Shown here one piece after another: positions 54,140 to 64,000 of a stretch of 64,000 bases of DNA (position 1 is the stretch's first letter; the number at the start of each line of letters is the position of its first letter). The notes under the pieces were generated by a model. That model worked only from the letters and a program-made list of their open reading frames with translations. It was not told where the DNA came from and searched no databases. The stretch lies in the NCBI GenBank assembly GCA_951406725.2, contig OX597830.1, positions 20,274,001-20,338,000 of the forward strand, in the 5' to 3' direction. The stretch is from Octopus vulgaris. Its lineage: Eukaryota. The position numbers and the translations under genes were made by a program.

Positions 54140-55025
54140 AACTTCATGAATGTTTTACATATTTTGACAGTACCTCTTGTAACTAATCTTTTCATTTGTC
54201 GTGTTCTTTCTGGTTTTATGAAAGCCAACTTTTCAAATTTGCTACTGAAGCAGTCTGTCACGTATCCATCTGCTTCAATAATTTTAGATAGAAATCTAAA
54301 ATTATTGTCCGAATTAACTAACTGTAGATTTCTCATTAGTCCGCCATAGATGTTTTTATTTTCACTAATCTTTAACATTATGTTATCATCTACTGGGAAA
54401 CAAATTCCAATTATTATGAATAGCTTCTTTTCTGTGTCGCCAGATCATTATGTTTTGTCTGCAGTGCTTGCTGATAAGTGAAGACTGGATAGAGACTTTC
54501 CACCATCATGCTTTCATATTACACTCGCTTATACACCACACATCTATATAGCTTCTTATATTTGTCACTTCTAGGTTATCCTTTCCACAAATTTCCTTAT
54601 GTAATGTTCAAGCCACGACATCATATCCCATCGATAATATCGTAATTTCATTTTTTTCTATAACACTCACACTAATGTTATAGGTGACATTCTCAATGCT
54701 AATTCCACAGAACGTGTTAATTGTACAGAACGGGAGGTTGCATCCAGTTGACTTACCTGTATCCGTATCCCTCCTGTACAGTAGGTATTTTGTGGCTGTA
54801 TCCTGTTTCGTATCGCAAAATCATATCCTTCAGAACGAAAGCTAATGTCCCGGTCGTTAATCCATGTTAGACTATTCCAGTTGTCAATGTTGCTGTCATT
54901 TTGAAGCCCTCTGAGGATAAAACCTTGCATGACCTTTTGCTGGTATTTATGCAGCTTTTCTTCTAATGACCTGTTCAATCGAATGGATTTGATGCGACAT
55001 TCAAAAGCTGTTTGGATGGATGTCA
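54140..55025 (-). pseudogene. Decayed C-terminal part of a further RLE-type retrotransposon
   Basis: SIQTAFECRI..IDNWNSLTW..SEGY..AI, then YGGLMRNLQL..GYV..GTVKICKTFMKF. Parallels the region after GGRGL in the other RLE elements. Confidence 0.6.
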
Positions 55026-55069
55026 AGCTGACGCCTTTTTTTTTTTTTTTTTAACTAAAGGTGATTTAC

Positions 55070-55377
55070 GGAGGCGCAATGGCACAGTGGTTAGAGCAGC
55101 GGACTCGCGGTCGGAGGATCGCGGTTTCGATTCCCAGACATGGGCGTTGTGTGTGTTTATTGAGCGAAAATACCTAAAGCTCCATGAGGCTCCGGCCGGG
55201 GGGGGGGGTGACCCCTGTTGTACTCTTCCGCCACGACTTTCTCTCACTCTCTCTTCCTGTTTTTTGAGTAACGCTGCGACGGACTGGCGTCCCGTCCAGC
55301 TGGGGGGAACACATACGCCACAAAAACCGGGAAACCGGGCCTATGAGCCTGGCTAGGATTGAAAAGGGCGACGTTTT
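55070..55377 (+). mobile_element. SINE family C with 14-bp TSD
   Basis: TAAAGGTGATTTAC at 55056-55069 and 55378-55391. Confidence 0.9.
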
Positions 55378-55701
55378 TAAAGGTGATTTACATCACTGGC
55401 ATGTGTTAATAATTTTCGAGTTTTAACATCAATAGCCCAGATCAATAACGCAGAGTGTTGAAGAGATTAGGGTCGAAGTTTTTTGAAGCTATCCCAGAAA
55501 CCAACACCCTTCATCTTTATTTATCTTTTTTTTTTTCATGAAATTGTCGTCTGAGGTACCTTAATTTTCATGACATTTTATCTGGTGTGGGGAAACGATA
55601 AGATTTTCTAGGTGGGGTCGTGAAAATGTAGAGAATAGAAAGAAGATTCAAGTACTCATTCCGCAAGCCATATTGACTTTATTGTGGACAAGCATTTTTA
55701 T

Positions 55702-55750
<49 letters not shown>

Positions 55751-55989
55751 TTTTTTATCTCACAACGTGAGATATCCAGCAATATCTGTGTATCACGATT
55801 TCTGAAATCGCGATACACAGATATTGTTTTGAGCTAGATTCCATTGTTCGATGCTAGATTCCCTTGTTCGAAAATGTAAGGTCACAGATCGTGTCGTATT
55901 GCCAGCTGGAGACGACATCTTCTGGGGCTAAATTGCAGTAAAATTACTCCTAAACCAGGACTGCCATGTTATGTTGGCAAACAATCTTT

Positions 55990-58460
55990 AGAACAAGCAC
56001 TTCTATATTTCTGATATTGTTAGATGTGAGATTCTCTTGTGAAAGAGGTTTGCGGTTGTTTAAGTCATATTGCTTTCTATAGTGAATGAGCTCATAATTT
56101 TCTTCGCTCAGCAACATGTCCTTTTGAAAAACCTTATAGCTGTGCTAACTACAATGAATTAAGTCAAGTAGATCCGACATGAGTTTTATCTGGTCATTTA
56201 CTTTCTATCTTGTCAACCAACTCCTTCATTGCGTTCTGAAGTTTAGAGTTGTTTACGAAAAATTTCATTCTGCCATGTTTGTTGACAATTACGATGTGCT
56301 TAAGAGCCTAATACTGTGCCTTGGAGAAGGCAAAAAATGACCCCATCTGAGTCTGACTGAATTTCCTTGATCCCCAACATGTTGAGTATTTTTATTAACA
56401 GCAAAAATTTAATTCATCCTAATAGACTCCCACGAATTGCAATGTTGTATAATTGTTAGTGAAGACGCGTAGCTGAGCAGTTAGGTTATTTGGTTCACGA
56501 TCGTAAGGACCTGAGTTCGGTACCCGGCAGCGCGTTGTGTTCTTGAGCAAGACAATTTATTTCATATTGCTTCAATCCACTCAGCTGGCAAAAATGAGTA
56601 GTACCTGTATTTCAAAGGACCGGCCTTGTCACACTCTGTGTCACGATGAATCTCTCTGAGAACTACGTTAAGGGTACGTGTCTGTAGGGTTCCCATCAAC
56701 ATGCACTTTAATTTCTCGAGCAGGCTGTTCTGTTGATCGGATCGACTGGAACCCTCGTCGTCGTAATCGACAGAGTACCAGTTGTATAGTTATTGCTGGT
56801 GTTTTTTCTGCCTCCTTTTTTTTTTTTTTTTTGGTTCTTCTGCAGAATATGGTGTTCAACTCTGTCAAAGATCTTGCTGAAATCAATTTATCTCATATCT
56901 AACATAGAAAAAAATGTTGTATCATGATCATCATGAAGTTTCAAACGTGGTATCTGGCGTAAACTGCATAGCTGTGCTAACTGCATTTCGACTCTCTTCC
57001 TTAAACATGTAAGATGCTGTAGAAGACGAGCAGAAGCTGCGCTAATCAGTCTCTACCAAAATCGAAAACAATGCTGGATATAAGTGATGGAGATCGTCGC
57101 TCCCCAGCAAGTCAGTTACACTTGATCTCTAGGCCACTTCAAATAGATTTTGTGGACCTCCGTCGGTTACGACGACGTGAGTTCTAGGTGATTCGATCAA
57201 CAGAACAGCCTGCTCATGAAATTAATGTACCAAGTAGCTGAGCACTCCACTGATACGCGCACCCCTACTAGCTCTCAGGGAGATTCAACATGACAAAGAA
57301 TGTTACAAGACTCGACCTTTTGTTCTCTAGAAAAACGACGACGCCGTGGGGATCTCATTCTTGCTCACAACATCATAAGCGGAAAGCGTAACCTCTTGAA
57401 AGAGCTGTTCTTCACTCCTGCTCCAGAGCGTCGGCTGCGGGGTCACTCCGAAAAGCTCTATCTGCGATGATTTCATCTCAATCGAAGGAGAAGGGCTTTC
57501 TCCGTCCGGGTTGCGGATCCGTGAAATAAGCTGCCGAACGAGATAGTGAAGATGCCGACGACCGCTCGGTTCAAAGTCTCCCTTGACCACAAATGGCCTG
57601 AACTCTTTACATGAACACCACCCTGTACATAACTCCATGTCCCCCTACATGGCCTTGCTTTTTGCTTTTTGAGCCAAAATTAACTAACTAACTAAGGCTG
57701 GTCCCTTTTAAATACAGGTACAACTCAATTTTGCCAGCTGATTGGATTAAAGCAACGTGAAATAAAGTGTCTTGCACAAGGACACAATGCGCCGCCCGGA
57801 ATCGAAATCGCGACCTTACGATTGTGAGCTGAATACACTAACCCTTTAGCCACGAAACTCCAAATTGATTAATCTTAAGAGAGGTGCGCGATATTGGTCT
57901 GTTGCTTACTACAAGTGATTACTTTCGTTGTTTTGTTTTCTTTTTAGCATTAAGATAACAGACCGAAAAAACGTTCGGGTGTATAGCCTGCATCTAACGA
58001 TTTTCTCCAGATATCAGCTATGGAGCAGAGACGTTTGTGTCGGCACTCCTTCCGGACACTGCTTTACAGAAGTCAGCTATCGGAGTAATATTTAATTTCG
58101 TTTATTACCGCCATGACGTTCTCAGAGCGTTAACGTTATGTCAGAGACGATCAAACAGAAAACAGAACGGTGGAGGGTTTTTTATTTGATGGAACAGACT
58201 AAACAGCCTCTTAGTCAACTTTATTTGGAATCACTGAAGACGGCGCTGAATCATTCCTGTAGAACCTTCCCCAATTCTTTGTTGTAGTGAATGCTGTTTT
58301 CATCAACTAGTTGAACAAAGGGAGGGAAACTCAGCCTTGTATCTTTTGGCAAGAGACAGGACAGCTTAATGTAGTCTTCTTTGGCACCACTTTCATTATT
58401 ATTAAACTTTTTCCACAGTGCTTTGTACATGACGGTTTTCTTTTTTCGATAAACATACAC
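55990..58460 (-). pseudogene. Old CR1/L2-group LINE ORF2 remnant interrupted by two SINEs
   Basis: Minus-strand relics in order: VLQE*FSAVFS (~58250), IWRKSLDAGYTP (~58000), IDFSKIFDRVEHHIL (~56870), QGTVLG and FVNNSKL (~56250-56320). Family D SINEs at ~56460-56780 (+) and ~57155-57860 (-). Confidence 0.65.
57310..57695 (+). mobile_element. 3' fragment of a young CR1-group LINE with (TAAC)n tail, inside a SINE
   Basis: Highly similar to the reverse complement of ~59810-60195. Splits the SINE at ACAAG|GCTGG. Confidence 0.9.
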
Positions 58461-58636
58461 ACGCATTCGCATACTGGCGCGCTCCTATACATATATGTGT
58501 ATAATTATGTATGTGTATGTAGGTAACTGTGTATGTATGTATGTATGTATGCATGTATGTATGTATGTATGTATGTATGTATGTATGTATGTATGCATGC
58601 ATGCATGTATGTGTGTATGTATATATGTATGTATGT

Positions 58637-58679
<43 letters not shown>

Positions 58680-58681
58680 TT

Positions 58682-58737
<56 letters not shown>

Positions 58738-58739
58738 TT

Positions 58740-58824
<85 letters not shown>

Positions 58825-59468
58825 CCATATCAACAATTTCGTCAACTGTTCGGTGACAGTCCCCCAAGATCAGTTCATGAATTTTCATGTTTTAGTGACG
58901 ACGGTGAATTAGGTCTATTTTCGTTGATATTTCTTTAAAAAAAAAATGGAGAGCTTTGTTTCTTTTTTTGCGTTTGAGCAGAGAATCGCAGATAGAAATG
59001 CACTCCATTAAATTTGTTTCTGTTAAACTATGGGGCATCCAAACATTAAAGTATTTCACGTATCCAAGTGTTTTTCAATGCCTTATAACACACGTATGAG
59101 ATATGTAGGATATCTCTGCGATATCTCGTGTCATGTGACCTTGTTTATGTTTTAAATCTGGTCATCATAAACGACTGTAGCTCTGCCGGAACGTCCACGG
59201 CCTTCAGGATAAAAAATTCTACTTCTAAATCTAGCAAATCACCTACGAACAATCCTCTCAGCTGTGGCACTGTTTCCATAAACTACACGTCTTTTTTTTT
59301 TGGGCATTTTGTACCAAGATTTTTTCCTTTCCGGAAATAAAAGAGTTACAAATGATTTACCACCATTTCACTTTTAATATAAAAACAATAGAAATAAACA
59401 ATTCACGCAGTTATCAATTAGAAAGCCGTGTTGACTTGTCACCAATCAATAATAAAATTTATATGTTA

Positions 59469-61081
59469 CTAGCAGTATCGCCCGGCGTTGCTCGGGTTTG
59501 TAAGGGAAATAACTATATAAGCATTTTTAGAGATGTAAAGTATAATAGCCATCTCAATATGGCTAACCACAAAGGGGGGGGTGTTACTGTAGCTTTTTAC
59601 GCTCTGATATTTAATAATAAATTTTTAGAGAGTTACTTCCCTTATATATGCCAAAAATGCATTAAAAATGGGAAAAATTGATGGTAATATTTTTTTTAAA
59701 TCGTAGACTCATCGTAGACGCGCGCTAATACCCAGAAGGGCTCGATATGAATCACGACTATAAGATACCCGGTTTTGGATAAACTGCACCGCAAAATGTG
59801 GGAGTAGTTAGTTAGTTAGTTAGTTAATTTGGCTCAAAAGCAAATAGCAAGGCCATGTAGGGGGACATGGAGTTAAGTACAGGGTGGTGTTCATGTAAAG
59901 AGTTCAGGCCACTTGAGGTCCAGGGAGGCTTTGAACAAAGCGGTCGTCGGCATCTTCACCATCTCATCTGGCAGCTTGTTCCACGGATCCGCAACCCGGA
60001 CGGAGAAAGCTCCTCTCCTTCGATTGAGATGAAATCGTCGCAGGTAGAGCTTTTCGGAATGACCCCGCAGCCGACGCTCTGGAGCAGGAGTGAAGAACAG
60101 CTCTTTCGAGAGGTTACACTTCCCGCTTATGATGTTGTGGGCGAGAATGAGATCACCACGGCGGCGGCGTTTTTCAAGAGAATAAAGGTCGAGCGTCCTC
60201 AGCCTTTCTTCGTAGGACAAATTTTTGAGACCAAGAACCAGGCGGGTAGCCAGCCTCTGGACTCTTTCGAGGTGCTGTATGTCTTTGAGGAGATAAGGAG
60301 AAGAGGCTTGAATCCCATACTCCAATATGGGTCTCACCAGGGTGACATAGAGTGGCAGGAATATGGCTGCTGTGAGCACTCCGAATGACCGTCGAATCAA
60401 AAACAGAATTCCGCGCGCTTTGTTGGCAGCATGGACGCACTGGGCCGAAGGCGAAAAGGAGGAATCCACCAAGATACCTAGGTCCTTTACCTGATCGGTC
60501 CTCTCCAGCAGCAGACGACCCGGCTCGAAATCAAGTTGAGTTGTAGGAGTAGAGCCGACAGGCAGATGACAGCACTTTAACACGTTCAGACACAGGTCCC
60601 AATCGTTAGACTACTTCCAAATTTGGTGGAGGCATCCACGAAGATCCTCTATACTACCGCGAGGAGCGACCAGTTTGATATCGTCGGCAAATAGAAGGGT
60701 GTGTTGCGTGAGGTCGTCGGGCAAGTCATTTATGAAGACTAAGAACAACAAGGGCCCAAGCACTGAACCTTGAGGCACGCCACTGCTCGCACTGGAGACG
60801 TCGGACCGCGAACCATTAACTTGAACTTGGAAGGAGCGATCTGAGAGGAAGGCACCAACCCATCGTACAATATCCGGATGGAAACTATATGCTTGAAGCT
60901 TGACAAGTAGTAGGCGGTGGTTTACCGAGTCAAAAGCTTTGGCAAAGTCCAATAAAACGATGTCAACAGCATCACTATCATCGAGGATGCGCGTCACCAA
61001 TTCTTCCATTACTAGTAAGTTGGTTAGGAATCTAAATCGTAGGAGACAGACAGCACATAATCTTACTTTTATATATAAAGA
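59469..61081 (-). mobile_element. Non-autonomous Helitron, interrupted by a LINE
   Basis: Minus strand starts A|TCTTTATATATAAAAG and ends with the hairpin CCCGAGCAACGCCGGG followed by CTAG|T. No TSD. Confidence 0.75.
59806..61027 (-). mobile_element. 5'-truncated CR1-group LINE (RT to C-terminus) with one premature stop
   Basis: LTNLL, LDFAKAFDSV, SGVPQGSVLGPLLF, FADD, LVRPILEY, LERVQRLATR, RRRRGDLI, LRGH, FSVRV..WNKLP. ORFs 60611-61009 and 59891-60583 share a frame and are separated by TAG. (TAAC)n tail. Confidence 0.92.
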
Positions 61082-61329
61082 TATACTTCAGCCACGTGAG
61101 AAACGAAAGGACGTGTTTACACGATACTGAATGAAAAAACAAACGGTACTAACTTCTGTTTCACCCCACACACACACACTCATATATATATGTATGTATG
61201 TATGTATATGCACCAGCCATTGCTAGAAATAGGATTTTGACTCCTGTTTCTAGCAATGCTGGTGCTACTGCACCCTTGGTCATCTTTAGTGACGGTGAAT
61301 TAGGTCCCTTTCCGTTTTAAATTGCTTCC

Positions 61330-62570
61330 AGCCATCTTTATTATTTTATGTATGTATATATATATATATATATATGCATGCATGTATGTATGCATGTATG
61401 TATGTATGTATGTGTGTGTATGTATGCATGCATGTATGTATGTATGAATGTATGTGTGTGTGTATGTATATATGTATGTATGTATGTATGTATGTACGTA
61501 CGTACGTATGTATGAATGTATGTATGTATGTATGTATGCATGCATGAATGCATGTATATATGTATATATGTAAGTATGTATATATGAATGTATGTACTTA
61601 CGTATGCATATATGTATGCATGTATGTATGTATGTATGTATGTATGTATGTATGTATGTGTGTGTATGTATGTATGTTTGTATGTATGTATATATGTAAG
61701 TATGTATGTATGTATATATGTAAGTAGTATGTATGTATGTATATATGTATGTATGTATGTATGTATGTGTGTATATATGTATGTATGTATGTGTATATGT
61801 AAGTATGTATGTATGTATGAACATATGTATGTATGTATATATGTAAGTATGTATGTATGTATGTACATATGTATGTATGTAAGTATGTATGTATGTATAT
61901 ATGTAAGTATGTATGTATTTATGTACATATGTATGTATGTAATGTATGCATTATGTATGTATGTATGTATGTATGTATGTATGTATGTATGTATGTATGT
62001 ATGTATGTATGTTTGTATGTATGTATGTATGTATGTATGTATAATGTTTGATAAGTGAATTAGCACGAGACTCTTGACGTTGTGTCGTAGCATCTCGGTT
62101 AATAAAAAAAGACTACATTTTGTTTCGTTTTGTGTATCTCCAGTGTGTAAAACCAAACACATACTAACATATCATACATAGAGATAAATACATACATACA
62201 TACATACATACATACATACATACATACATACATACATACATACATACATACATACATACATACATACATACATACATACATACATACATACATACATACA
62301 TACATACATACATACATACATACATACATACATACATACATACATACATACATACATACATACATGCGTACATGCATACATACATACATACATACATACA
62401 TACATACATACATACATACATACATACATACATACATACATGCGTACATGCATACATACATACATACATACATACATACATACATACATACATACATACA
62501 TACATACATACATACATGCGTACATGCATACATACATATATTCATACATACATACATGCGTGCATACTGC
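61330..62570. repeat. (ATGT)n followed by (ACAT)n tetranucleotide arrays
   Basis: Seen directly. Opposite orientations around a ~130-bp spacer (62045-62185). Confidence 0.9.
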
Positions 62571-63619
62571 GTGTGTCGGCGTTCTGTGGTGAGAGGCACA
62601 GAGCGTTCCATCTAATTCATGGCAGAACAGCCAAGCATGAAACTGTTGAATATGTTATTGAGAGTAGGGAGGTGGAGAAAGTGATAGTCAGAGAGAGAGA
62701 GAGAGAGAGTCAGAAAGAGAGACAGACAGACAGACAGAGAGACGAAGAGGGTGCGTGTGTAAGGGAAGACTAAGAAGGCAGACGAAGTCAGTCGACAGTA
62801 ACAAGGAGAGAGGAAATGGCGTTAATTGCTTGTTGGAGATATAAAATTGCTGGTGATGGATAGTTATAGGGATGCGGTTTTGGTGGTGGTGGCGGCGGCG
62901 GTGGTGTTGGTTTTGGTCATAAAGACAGTATTGGTGAATGTGGTGATGATGGTGATGACTTTCTTAGCAGTGATGATGATGATGATGGCGTCGGTGCTGG
63001 TAATAGCGACAGTATTAGAGAATGAGGTGGTGGTGCCAGTCGTTGTGGTGACGGTAGCGTGTTGGCAATAATGGTGTTGGCGGCGGTGACAGCGGCAGTT
63101 GCGGTAGTGGTGGTGGTGGTGGTGGTACTAATGATGATGATGATGATAACTGTCCTATCTTATTTTATATAGTAGTGATTACGTTATCCTATGTATTTTT
63201 CTATATTTAAGAAAAACTTTGTGCAATTTAAGAGAAATTTGGTTGCTATATCTAGCAGGTCAACTCAATGCGAAAAGGCATTTTGTTATTGTTTAGCCTC
63301 AACTCTTGTCAACCTTGTATGATCAAAGGCCTTCCAATTAAGATCATCACCTAGTTTTACAGGCTTATTAGACTAATTTGGCTTAATCCGTTGAGCTCCG
63401 GTTAGAATACATTGCGATATTTACATTAGCACTCTGAGTTCAAACTCTGCCGTGGCCACCTTTCCATATCATTCTTTTGGAGTTGATAAAAATAAAGTAC
63501 CGGTAAAGTATCAGGATCGATTCTTCCTCTGACTCTCTCTTTTTCACCAGAAACAGTTGACAGTATTCAGAGATGAACCACATCGTATGGCGCCTCTACG
63601 ACTCCGTCAAGGGTTACAA

Positions 63620-63985
63620 CCTAATACTATTAGTATGCTTCTTTCCAACCTATCCTCTGATGATGAAACAACCTTCAAAAGAACAGCTTCATATTACAAC
63701 GTCGCATTAGAACGATCAAATTTTAAGAAAAATATTACCTAAATCGAAACAAACTTAAGCGAAACAGACGTAAGCGCAGGAAATCTTTGAAGTATTATTC
63801 TACTTACTGTATGGTCGTGATTACAGCCACAGCTAGACGGTTTCTGAAACTTATAAGCATCCACTTTCTACGCTCACATAGATATCACAAGAGCTTTAAT
63901 AGAAACACAGTAAAAGTTAGCTACATTTGCTTTTCTAATATAGGTTCGATGACCTACAATCACAATAAGAACAATACATAAGAAA
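63620..63985 (+). pseudogene. Penelope-like element RT thumb/linker fragment
   Basis: PNTISMLLSNLSSDDETTF..ASYYNVALERSNFK, then ARRFLKLISIHF..SHRYHKSFNRNTVKVSY.CFSNI....NHNK. Matches the PLE LSxxSS..YxxAL / FNRNTxKxSYSCxxN..HN pattern. Confidence 0.75.
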
Positions 63986-64000
63986 CACACCACGCAGATC

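Noticed and set aside
55070-55140. SINE heads as functional tRNA genes
   Set aside because: A/B boxes are present but there is no acceptor stem. They continue into SINE bodies, some with TSDs.
59867-60440. ORFs 59867-60388 (+), 60174-60440 (-) and 57327-57638 (-)
   Set aside because: Antisense or alternate-frame shadows of the CR1-group LINE.

Overview
This is an AT-rich, microsatellite-saturated animal region. I infer an octopod cephalopod from the repeat landscape; this is not proven. I found no convincing host protein-coding exon, and almost all ORFs in the supplied track are translations of simple repeats. The window is a mosaic of mobile DNA: (1) a near-complete restriction-like-endonuclease (R4/Dong-type) non-LTR retrotransposon in an (AAT)n array, plus further RLE fragments; (2) CR1-group LINE copies; (3) several decayed Penelope-like element (PLE) reverse-transcriptase fragments that the ORF track mostly misses; (4) mariner remnants and MITEs, a hAT MITE and a non-autonomous Helitron; (5) many tRNA-derived SINEs. 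The most interesting signal is a set of short non-coding repeats carrying minimal type-I hammerhead ribozyme motifs, whose stems differ in sequence between families but still pair. One of them has a tRNA-like Pol III head, an internal (AAT)n tract and a hammerhead tail, and is preceded by an inverted copy of its own tail. It is a candidate PLE-mobilised, ribozyme-bearing SINE whose AAT tract served as the landing site for AAT-targeting retroelements. All calls come from reading the sequence by eye; no searches or folding programs were run, and repeat boundaries are approximate.
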